DNA of 64,000 nucleotides from Anaeramoeba ignava BMAN. Its lineage: Eukaryota > Protista > Anaeramoebae. The notes under the pieces are model-generated. The model was given only the letters and a program-made list of their open reading frames with translations. It made no database searches and was not told the origin of the DNA. Within the stretch, counting starts at the first letter, position 1. Each line of letters begins with the position of its first letter. Shown in pieces: positions 38,122-49,062 of this stretch. The translations under genes were made by a program, and so were the position numbers. The DNA is taken from positions 969,943-1,033,942 of the forward strand of contig JAPDFW010000103.1 in the NCBI GenBank assembly GCA_028826165.1. The letters are read 5' to 3'.

Positions 38122-41100
38122 ATGAATAATAATAATGATAATAACCAAAATCAAAATCAAAATCAAAATCAAAATGAAAATCAAAATCAAAATGAAAATT
38201 TAGAAAAAAAAGTAACAAAAAATTTAATTAAAGATTATTCAAACCTTTTAAATGGAAATTCATTTAAAGATTTTTCAATTTTTGTTGAGAAAGAACCAAA
38301 TACTTTTGAAATTAAAGTTCATAAATCAATTTTATCTTCAAGATCTCCTTTTTTTAATGAGTTTTTAAGAGATAGAGATCAGATTAATAAGATTTTTTTA
38401 AACCAATTTAATAAAAAAGAAATGGAATCAATTTTGAGTTATATTTATTATGGGAATATTTCTTTTGAGAATCAAGAAAACCTTCTTCAATTATTGGAAA
38501 TTTCAATTTATTTTAAATTAAATTTATTGAAAGAATTTATTCAAAAAAAAATTCTAAATTCAATTAATTATTCAAATTTTTTCCAATTTTTATTCCAAAA
38601 TCGAAATTTAAATTCAAATGAAATTGAAATAAAATGTTTTGAATTAATAAATCAAAATTTTTCCCAAATTCAGAATAATGAAAATTTATTCAATTTAACT
38701 AAAGAAGAAATTATCAAATTTATTCAATTTAAACAAGAAAAAAAAGAAATTTTTCAATTTGATTTTTTTCAATTTTTAAATAATTGGATTGAAAAAAGAA
38801 TTAATTCATTAAAATTAAGGAAATATGAACACAAAATGAATGCAAAGAAAAGATTATTTCATTCTTTTTTTTCATTATTTGATAAAGATTCAATTTCAAA
38901 ACAAGATTTTGATAAATTAAAACAATTTGATATTTTTCTTCCAAATTATTTTTTAATTAATTTTGAAAGAACTATTTTTGAAATTCAAGATCAAGAAAAT
39001 CAAACAAAAATCAAAGAAAAAGAAAAGAAAATTAAAAGAAGAGATAAAAGAATCAAATCATTTGAATCTGAAACTCAAAATTTAAAACAAGAAAATCAAA
39101 AGAAAGAAAAAGATATTCAAAATCTAAAATCTGAAAATGAAAAGAAAGATAAAATTCTCAAACAAAAAGATGAAGAAATTCAAAATATTAAATTATCATT
39201 TGAAAAAGAAAATCAAAAAGAAGAATCAAAACAAAATGAAAATAAATTGTTGAAGATTTTTTCAAATTCAGAAATTATTAAAGATAAAGAATATGTTAAG
39301 AAATTACAAGAATGGATAAATGATAATGATTTTTTTTCTAAAATGAAAAAAGGATTTTCAGCAAAAAAAGATGGATTTAATTCTCAAAATTGGCATAAAG
39401 CAGTTGATAATAAAGGAAAAGCATTAGTTATTATCAAAACAAAACAAAATTTCATTTTTGGAGGATTTACTCAAGTTGGATGGACAAATGATAAATCAAA
39501 ATGGAGTGAAGAGCATGGAAATTGGGGATATATTAAAGATGAAAATGCATTTATTTTTTCATTAAGAAATGATAAAGGAGATAGAAAACCAGAAAAGTTT
39601 ACAATTAAACAAGGAAAAGAAGGAAATGCAATTGAATATGATTTAAATGATGGTCCAACTTTTGGATGTAAATATAAATAATTTTTATATTTAATAAATA
39701 AATATTATTATAATTAAAATTAAATTAATAAATAATCTAAAATAATAATTAATAATTAATAATATTTCAATTTAAAATAAAATAAATTTTAAATTAAATT
39801 ATTATTAATTATTATTAAAATTAATTATTTATCTTTATTAAAATAGATTGTAAATAATTTATATTTAATAAATATTTATTATTATAATTAAAATTAAATT
39901 AATAATTAATCCAAAATATTAATATAATAAATAATATTATTATTTTAATTTAAAATAAAATTAATTTTAAATTAAATTATTATTATTTATTATTAAAATT
40001 AAATATTTATATTTATTAAAATAGTTAGTAAATAATTTATAATTAATAAATATTTATTATTATAATTAAAATTAAATTAATAAATAATCTAAAATATTAA
40101 TATAATAAATAATATTATTATTTAAATTAAAATAAAAATAATTTTAAATTAAATTATTATTAATTATTATTAAAATTAATTATTTATATTTATTTAAATA
40201 GTTAGTAAATAATTTATATTTAATAAATATTTATTATTATAATTAAAAATTAAATTAATAAATAATCCAAAATATTAATATAATAAATAATATTATTATT
40301 TCAATTTAAAATAAAATTAATTTTAAAATAAATTATTATTAATTATTATTAAAAATTAATTATTTATATTTATTAAAATAGCTTGTAAATAATTTTATAT
40401 TTAATAAATATTATTATTATAATTAAAATTAAATTAATAAATAATCCAAAATATTAATATAATTATTAATATTATTATTTCAATTTAAAATAAAATTAAT
40501 TTTTAAATAAATTATTATTAATTATTATTAAAATTAAATATTTATCTTTATTAAAATAGGGAGTAAATAATTTATATTTAATAAATATTTATTATTATAA
40601 TTAAAATTAAATTAATAAATAATCCAAAATATTAATATAATAAATAATATTATTATTTTCAATTTAAATAAAATTAATTTTAAATTAAATTATTATTAAT
40701 TATTATTAAAAAATTAATTATTTATCTTTATTAAAATAGGTTGTAAATAATTTATATTTAATAAATATTTATTATTATAATTAAAATTAAATTAATAAAT
40801 AATCCAAAATATTAATTTAATAAATAATATTATTATTTCAATTTAAAATAAAATTAATTTTAAATTAAATTATTATTAATTATTATTAAAATTAATTATT
40901 TATATTTATTAAAATAGATAGTAAATAATTTTTATTTAATAAATATTTATTATTATAATTAAAATTGAATTAATAAATAATTAAAAATATTAATATAATA
41001 AATAATATTATTATTTCAATTTAAAATAAAATTAATTTTAAATTAAATTATTATTAATTATTATTAAAATTAATTATTTATATTTATTAAAATAGATCGT

Positions 41101-41439
41101 AAATAATTTATATTTAATAAATATTTATTATTATAATTAAAATTAAATTAATAAATAATCTAAAATACAAATATAATAAATAATATTATTATTTCAATTT
41201 AAAATAAAATAAATCTAAATTAAATTATTATTAATTATTATTAAAATTAATTATTTATATTTATTAAAATAGTTTATGATTTCAAACTATCTTCTAATTT
41301 ACAATCTGGTCAATCAGATTTTGGTCATAGTTATAATCTACCTAATGGAATTACTTATCAATCAAATGAAGCTCAAAGTTATTTAGCTGGTTCTTATGAT
41401 AAATGGGTTGTTGATGAAGTTGAAACTTATTTCATTTAA
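38122..41439 (+). CDS. BTB/POZ - coiled coil - TLDc protein, copy 2, with micro-exon array
   Basis: The intact exon 38122-39667 ends at GPTFG+T. Eight 3-nt micro-exons follow. The terminal exon 41273-41439 (tt TAT GAT...: YDFKLSSNLQSGQSDFGHSYNLPNG...YLAGSYDKWVVDEVETYFI*) completes the TLDc domain in frame. Confidence 0.92.
39668..41272 (+). repeat. Array of 9 near-identical ~175-bp introns separating eight 3-nt micro-exons (copy 2)
   Basis: AATAG|NNN|GTAAAT at 39847 ATT, 40025 TTA, 40202 TTA, 40382 CTT, 40560 GGA, 40740 GTT, 40918 ATA and 41096 ATC. Confidence 0.93.
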
Positions 41440-41629
41440 AAACTTTTTTTTCAATTTTTTTCAAAATTTAATTCAATTTTAATTTACTTTTAATCAAATT
41501 AAATTCTTTAAATCAATAAATAAGAAACAAATCTAATTTTAAACAATTTAATTTTAATTTAAAAATATAATTAAAAAGAAGATTAAATTGAAAAAAATAA
41601 AAAAAACCAAAATAGAAATTGAAAATAGA

Positions 41630-42730
41630 AATTAATAATAATTAAATTTGAATTCTTTCATTAAAACATGAAAATAAAACAAATATAAATTAAATTATTA
41701 TTAATTATTATTAAAATTAATTATTTATCTTTATTAAATTATTTATTCCACTTTTTTTCAAATATTTTTTATAATTAAAATTAAATTAATAAATAATTAA
41801 AAATATTAATATAATAAATAATATTATTATTTCAATTTAAAATAAAATAAATGTAAACTTTTTAAATTAATTAATTATTATTAAATTAAATTATTTATAT
41901 TTATTAAATTATTTATTCCACTTTTTCAAATATTTTATTATAATTAAAAATTAAATTAAATAATCAAAAATATTAATATAATAAATAATATTATTATTTC
42001 AATTTTAAAAATAAAACAAATTTAAATTAAATTATTATTAATTATTATTAAAATTAATTATTTATATTTATTAAATTATTTATTCCACTTTTTCAAATAT
42101 TTTTATTATAATTAAAATTAAATTAATAAATAATTAAAAATATTAATATAATAAATAATATTATTATTTCAATTTAAAATAAAATAAATCTAAATTAAAT
42201 TATTATTAATTATTATTAAAATAAATTATTTATATTTATTAAAATATTTATTCCACTTTTTCAAATATTTTATTATAATTAAAATTAAATTAATAAATAA
42301 TTAAAAATATTAATATAATAAAAATAATATTATTATTTCAATTTAAAAATAAAAACAAATTTAAATTAAATTATTATTAATTATTATTAAAATTAATTAT
42401 TTATCTTTATTAAATTATTTATTCCACTTTTTCAAATATTTTATTATAATTAAAATTAAATTAAATAATCAAAATATTAATATAATAAATAATATTATTA
42501 TTTCAATTTAAAATAAAGTAAATTTAAATTAAATTATTATTAATTATTATTAAAATTAATTATTTATATTTATTAAAATATTTATTCCACTTTTTTTCAA
42601 ATATTTTTTATAATTAAAATTAAATTAATAAATAATCAAAAATATTAATATAATAAATAATATTATTATTTAAATTTAAAATAAAACAAATTTAAATTAA
42701 ATTATTATTAATTATTATTAAAATAAATAA
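41630..42730. repeat. ~168-bp tandem repeat (about 6 units, TTATTCCACTTTT marker) 3' of BTB-TLDc copy 2
   Basis: TTCCAC recurs at ~41746, 41916, 42083, 42251, 42422 and 42585. It is the reverse complement of the repeat at 9905-11680. Confidence 0.85.
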
Positions 42731-42776
42731 TTAAAAATATTAAAATAAAAAATGAAAAAATTTTATTTAAATTTTA

Positions 42777-44120
42777 TTAATCAAAATGAAAAGGATTTAA
42801 TTTTTCTGGTTTTGTAAAACATTTCCTACAAGTATTTGCCAAACAATTTTCAGCACATTTTCTACAAAAGGTATGACCACAAGGAATCAAAACTGTATCA
42901 CGAACAAAAGCGCCACAATCACAAAGAATAATTTGTTGAAATTGTTCTTTTAAAATTTGGATTTGATTTTTATATTCTTTCCAACCTCTTTTGAATTCAA
43001 GTAAATTTGCAACGTTTATTTTTGCAAGAGATTTTTCAAGAGGTTTTGATTCTTCCGAATTGATATTTGGATCGTCTATTATTGAAAAAAATCTCATTTG
43101 ATCCCATTTTTCTTGAGGATTCATTTCTGGAAAAATTTCTAAATCATTTTGATTGATTTGGATTGATTTTGGATTTTTATTTGGAGTTTCTTCCCAAATG
43201 AAGTCGTAATAGAAAGTACTTGGACAAAGATCAGTAAGTGATTCAAATTCGGAGTTTTTTATGCCTGTTGATGATGTTAAGAAGCATCGATATCCAAATT
43301 TTGATATTAAAGGTTTTTTTGGATTAAAAATGATTTTTTCGTTGATTTCATCAATTTCTATTGTTCCTTCTTCAAATGTATTCATGTTTGCTGTTACAAC
43401 TTTTCCTGGTATTGATTCTCCTGGTGATAAATTCAACCATGAATGTCTACTTGGTGATTGTTTTTCTGAGATTGGTGTTAGTCTTTCTAACCAGAAGCTC
43501 ACTTTTTTTTTTTTTAAAATAAATTTATTTCAATTTTGATTTTGATTTTAATTTTAATTTTGATTTTAATTTTGATTTTGATTTTGATTTTAATTTTAAT
43601 TTTAATTTTGAATTTCAATTTTAATTTTAATTTTAATTTTAATTTTAATTTTAATTTTAATTTTAATTTTAATTTTAATTTTAATTTTAATTTCAAATTA
43701 ATTTTCAAATTTAAAATAATTTTTAAATTCACTTCGAATTGGAATCGTTTTCAAATCTAATTCATAGGTTTTTCCATCAAACAAATCATTATATTTTTTA
43801 ATAGAAATAATAATTTCATTAATTTGTTGAGATTCTTCAATTAAACTAAAAGGAAAAATATCCTTAACAAAATCACTAATTAAAACTGGCTTTTTTTTCA
43901 CTTTAAAAATTAATAAAACTTCATCTTCATTTAAAACTCCATAACTTGAAAGTGTTTTAGAATCTTCAAGTAATTGATCTTTCCAAATTAATTTTTGTAA
44001 TTCTCTTGAAATATCAATTTTATATTCAATTTTTTCTTTTAAAGATGAAACAGTTTCATTTAAATTGATAAAAATTGGATAATTTTGATTTGAAATTGTT
44101 TTAATTAAAATTTTTTGCAT
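42777..44120 (-). CDS. Ubiquitin-like domain + Ig-like region + RING finger protein, 2 exons
   Basis: Ubl: ETVSSLKEKI...QKLIWKDQLLEDSKTLSSYGV. Intron 43732-43502 joins in frame. C-terminal RING-like DTVLIPCGHTFCRKC...CRKC. Confidence 0.8.
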
Positions 44121-44225
44121 ATTTTTGTTTTAAAAACGAAAAGAAGAAGGAAAAAAATGAAAAAAAAAAAACTTTTTCATTCTTTTGATTTTGAAAAAAA
44201 AATAAAAATCTAATAATAAAATCTT

Positions 44226-45872
44226 TTAAATATTTCGAATAAAAGATTTATAATAATCAAAATTTCTTTTAGTCAAAATAACAAGTTCTCGTTTTGAAAC
44301 TGGTTCACGAGTTAAAGGACAAATATCTTGAGGATCAGATCTCAAAACTTTGAGCCAAGTATCATAACCCAAAACAATTCCATTTGGAGCCATTGCAGGC
44401 TTGATGATTTTTTCTTTTGTAATTACATCAATTGCATCTGGAATTGGATTGTCTTTTTTGTTGTCATATCGATAATGTCTTCTAACTTTGATTTTGAGAT
44501 TTGCTGGTGGTTTATATTCATAATCAGATTCATCTTCTGATGAAAAATTTGAGTTGATTTTTTTAGGTCTTTTTTTTCTTGTTTTTTTAGTTTTAGTTTT
44601 ATTATTTTTTTTTTGATTTCTTGTTTGTGGATTTTTTTTTGTATTTTTCTTTTGATTTCTTGTTTTTGGATTTTTTTTATTTTGATTTAGATTTTGATTT
44701 TGATTTAGATTTTGATTTAGATTTTGATTTTCATTTAGATTTTGATTTGGATTTTCATTTGGATTTTCATTTATATTTGTATTTTCATTTAGATTTTCAT
44801 TTTGATTTGTATTTTCATTTTCATTTTCATTTTCATTTGATTTCCTTTCTTTTTTCTCGTTTTCTTTCATCCTGTTTTTTCTTGAAGCTTTAAATTTAAA
44901 ATAAGGATTTCCATTTGAATCAAATTCATAATTTTGACCGAATTTGTTTCTGAATTGAAGATCTTCTTTGAGTAATTTTCTGAAATAATTTGAACATTGA
45001 TGACCAACTCTTCCTGGAATTGCGATTGAAAAAAGACCCCATTGATTACTATTTGTGCCAAATTGATCGCATCTTTCTCTGAAAAGTTTGTCCTCTTCTT
45101 GAGTCCAAGAGCCAGTTCTTTGGACTTGACCCTTTTCGTTGTGTCTGTAATAAAACCTGTTTGGATCACTTTCATATTTTGTCCATGCAATTTGCTTGAT
45201 TTCAGACCAAGAATCCCATTCATCAGGTAAACCGTCTTGAGCAGGAATTTTTTTTGATTCTAACGGTTCTTTTTGTTCTTGTATAGCAGGAAGAGGTTCT
45301 TCTTTCTTTTGGTTTTCTGTTAAAGGTTCTTTTTGTGGCTCTTGGGGTTGTTGATTTAGATTTTTGCTTTTTTTTGATCTAATTTGGGAATTTTTGCTTT
45401 TTTTTTTGGATCTAATTTGAGAATTTTTGCTTTTTTTTTTCTTTTTGGTTTTTGGTTCGTTTTTTTCGGGTTTGTCTTTTTCAATTGCAATTGAATTTTG
45501 GCTTTTTTGATCATTTTCTTGTTTGTTTTGATCGAACATTTGCTGGTAAAGTTCGTATTGATCTGGATCAGCCAAAGTGGAACAAACAGTTTCAGAATTT
45601 CCGTTAAATTGATCAAATAAAAAATTTGCAAAATTTGGATCTATTTGTGGGAAAACTTGGTTTAAATCTTGAAGAAAATTTATCCGATCAATTATTTTTG
45701 CTTTTCGGAATATTTCTTGTTGAATGTTCAATCTTTTTTCCATTGCTTTTTTAACTTCTTCTGGAATTTCTTCGTCAGAAATAATTTCAATTTGAAATTT
45801 TGGAATTTTATTTAATTCTTCTCTTAAATCATGAATTTCTTTTCTAATTAAACTTATTTTATTGTTTTCCAT
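44226..45872 (-). CDS. CUE - Myb/SANT - U-box-like protein
   Basis: CUE-like LNQVFPQIDPNF...FNGNSETVCSTL. Myb GSWTQEEDKLF...WGLFSIAIPGRVGHQCSNYF. U-box-like DVITKEKIIKPAMAPNG...CPLTREPV. Confidence 0.78.
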   Translation of the reverse strand: MENNKISLIRKEIHDLREELNKIPKFQIEIISDEEIPEEVKKAMEKRLNIQQEIFRKAKIIDRINFLQDLNQVFPQIDPNFANFLFDQFNGNSETVCSTLADPDQYELYQQMFDQNKQENDQKSQNSIAIEKDKPEKNEPKTKKKKKSKNSQIRSKKKSKNSQIRSKKSKNLNQQPQEPQKEPLTENQKKEEPLPAIQEQKEPLESKKIPAQDGLPDEWDSWSEIKQIAWTKYESDPNRFYYRHNEKGQVQRTGSWTQEEDKLFRERCDQFGTNSNQWGLFSIAIPGRVGHQCSNYFRKLLKEDLQFRNKFGQNYEFDSNGNPYFKFKASRKNRMKENEKKERKSNENENENENTNQNENLNENTNINENPNENPNQNLNENQNLNQNLNQNQNLNQNKKNPKTRNQKKNTKKNPQTRNQKKNNKTKTKKTRKKRPKKINSNFSSEDESDYEYKPPANLKIKVRRHYRYDNKKDNPIPDAIDVITKEKIIKPAMAPNGIVLGYDTWLKVLRSDPQDICPLTREPVSKRELVILTKRNFDYYKSFIRNI

Positions 45873-46191
45873 TTACAAAAAAATTAACGAAAAGTTAATT
45901 AAAAAAAAAATTTAAAAAAAGAAAAAAAGAAAAAAAATGAAATTTTTATTTTTTAATTTTAATTTTAACGATTTTTTTATTTTTATTTTTATATTTTTTT
46001 ATATACATATAAAATTATATTCAAAAATTTTTATTTTTTTTTTCATTTTTTTTTTTCATTTTTTCCTCATTTTTTTTTTTAAAAGCAAACAAACAAAACA
46101 AAAGAAATTAATAAAATTTTTTAAATATTAAAAAAAAAACAAAAAAAAGAAAAATAAAAACAATTTTTTTTTTGAATATTTTTTAATAAAA

Positions 46192-48870
46192 ATGAATCAA
46201 CAAACATTTAGAGTTGTTGTAATTGGAGGTGGATCAGGTATTTTTAAATTAAAAATATAAAAAAATAAAAAAAAATATAAAAAATATATTTCATTTTTTT
46301 TTTAAGTTGGAAAATCTTGTTTAACAACACAATTTATACATGGAAAATTTAGTACAGATTATGATCCAACGATTGGTATTAAATTTTTAATTAAATTTAT
46401 AAATTAAAAATTTAAATTAAAAATTTATAAATTAATCAAAATTAAAAATTTTTAAATTAGAACAAAAATTTATAAATTAAAAATAAATTAAAAATTTTAA
46501 TTGATGATATGGAAACTCATTTAGAAACTCATTTAGAAATTATTGATACTGCTGGTCAAGAAGAATACAGATCTATTCGTGATAGAGTAATTGTTAATTT
46601 ATTTGATTTGTGCTTTCTTTTTTTTAAAGCAATTTAAATTAGAATTTGAAAATGAATTTAAAATAAAATTAGAAAATGAAATTAAAATTATAATTACAAT
46701 TAAATTAAAAATTACAATTACAATTAAAATTAAAATTAAAATTAAAATTATAAAAATTACAATTACAATTGAAATAAAATTAGAAAATGAAAATTAAAAT
46801 TAAAATTAAAATTCATTTATAAATTAAAATTTAAAATTACAATTACAATTACAATTACAATTACAATTACAATTACAATTACAATTACAATTACAATTAC
46901 AATTACAATTACAATTACAATTACAATTAAAATTACAATTACAATTACAATTACAATTACAATTACAATTATAATTACAATTACAATTACAATTACAATT
47001 ACAATTAAAATTAAAATTACAATTATAATTACAATTACAATTACAATTAAAATTATAATTACAATTAAAATTAAAATTATAATTATAATTACAATTACAA
47101 TTACAATTACAATTACAATTACAATTAAAATAAAATTTAAAATTACAATTACAATTACAATTACAATTACAATTAAAAATAAAATTAAAATTAAAATTAC
47201 AATTAAAATTAAAATTAAAATTAAAATTAAAAATTACAATTTAATTACAATTAAAATTAAAAATAAAATTACAATTATAATTACAATTAAAATTAAAATT
47301 ATAATTACAATTATAATTACAATTACAATTATAATTACAATTAAAATTATAATTACAATTACAATTACAATTAAAATCAAAATTACAATTACAATTATAA
47401 TTACAATTACAATTACAAATACAATTAAAATTACAATTACAAATACAATTAAAATTAAAATTAAAATTAAAATTAAAATTAAAATTAAAATTAAAATTAA
47501 AATTACAATTAAAATTAAAATTAAAATTACAATTAAAATTAAAATTAAAATTAAAATTAAAATTACAATTACAATTACAATTACAATTACAATTACAATT
47601 AAAATCACAATTAAAATTAAAATTAAAATTAAAATTAAAATTAAAATTACAATTACAATTACAATTACAAATAAAATTAAAATTACAATTAAAAATAAAA
47701 TTAAAATTATAATTACAATTATAATTAAAATTAAAAATGAATTGATAAATAGTATTTAGGATTGGGTGATGGATTTCTTGTTGTTTATAGCATAATTTCT
47801 CGTTCAAGTTTTGATGATGCAAAAAATTTACATCAAGCAATAAAAAGAACACGAACAGGAAATAAAGCAATTGCACTAACAGTAGCTAATAAATCTGGTA
47901 TTTTAAAATGATTATTTTTTTTAGGATGATTTTAAAAAGAAGAAATCTAATGAAAATTTTGTTATAAAAATAAAACAAAAATTAGATTTAGATACTGAAA
48001 GAGTAGTTTCAAGAGAATTAGGACAAGAATTAGCAAAAGATTTTGGAAGTATTTATTATGAAACGTAAATTTTATTTTAAAATTAAAATTAAAATTAAAA
48101 TTAAAATTTAAAATTAAAATTAAAATTAAAATTAAAATTAAAATTAAAATTAAAATTAAAATTAAAATTAAAATTAAAATTAAAATTAAAATTAAAATTA
48201 GAATTAAAATTAAAATTAAAATTAAAATTAAAATTAAAATTAAAATTCATTTATAAATTAAAATCAAAATTAAAATTAAAATCAAAATTTAAATCAAAAC
48301 CAAAATTAAAATTAAAATTAAAATTAAAATTAAAATTAAAATTAAAATTAAAATCAAAAATCAAAATTAAAATTAAAATTTAAATTAAAATTAAAATTAA
48401 AATCAAATTTAAAATTAAAATCAAAATTAAAATTAAAATTAAAATTTAAATTAAAATTAAAATTAAAATTAAAATTAAAATTAAAATTAAAATTAAAATT
48501 AAAATTAAAATTAAAATTAAAATTAAAATTAAAATTAAAATTACAATTAAAAATGAATTTAAAATTAAAATTAAAATTAAAATTAAAATTAAAATTATAA
48601 TTAAAATTAAAATTAAAAATTAAAAATTAAAATTTAAAATTAAAATTAAATTAAAATTAAAAATGAATTTAAAATTAAAATTAAAATCAAAATTCAAATT
48701 AAAATTAAAATAGTTCTGCAAAAACTGGAAGTAATGTTGTTGAATGTTTCCATTGTTTAATTAGAGAATTAAGAAAATCAAAAAAACCTGAAGATTCAAA
48801 TAATAAAAAATTTGATGATGATGATTTAAGTGAAAAAGAAAAAACTGGGAAATGTTGTATAATTTTATGA
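46192..48870 (+). CDS. Ras-family small GTPase with CaaX box, 6 exons
   Basis: Motifs GGGS|VGKS, YDPTI|E, DTAGQEEY, NKS|D, ET|SAK and C-terminal CCIIL*. Exon 3 (46461-46586) has two short tandem duplications and a frameshift, probably consensus errors. Confidence 0.88.
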
Positions 48871-49062
48871 ATTTGATTTGATTTTTTAAAACAACATTTA
48901 ATTCATTCTAAAAAAATTTCTTTTTTCTTTTTTTTTTGGATTCTTTTTTCTTTTCTTTTTCTTTTTCTTTTTGGTTTTTTTTTTGTTATTTCTGTTGTTG
49001 TTGTTGTTTTTTTTTTTCTTCCTAAATCAAAATCAAAATCAAAATCAAAATGAAGATGTTGA

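Noticed and set aside
39668-39681. ORF-track stop at 39681 (GCKYK*) as the true gene end
   Set aside because: It truncates the TLDc domain. The missing C-terminal strands are encoded in frame at 41273-41439.
46461-46540. Ras exon 3 frameshift and duplicated 11-12-mers as a pseudogene or RNA editing signal
   Set aside because: Removing the duplications and homopolymer slips restores a canonical Ras sequence. A consensus error is more likely, though this cannot be settled without reads.
47241-47876. Cys-rich (CN)n ORF resembling a metal-binding protein
   Set aside because: It is the antisense reading of the (ACAATT)n microsatellite in a Ras intron.
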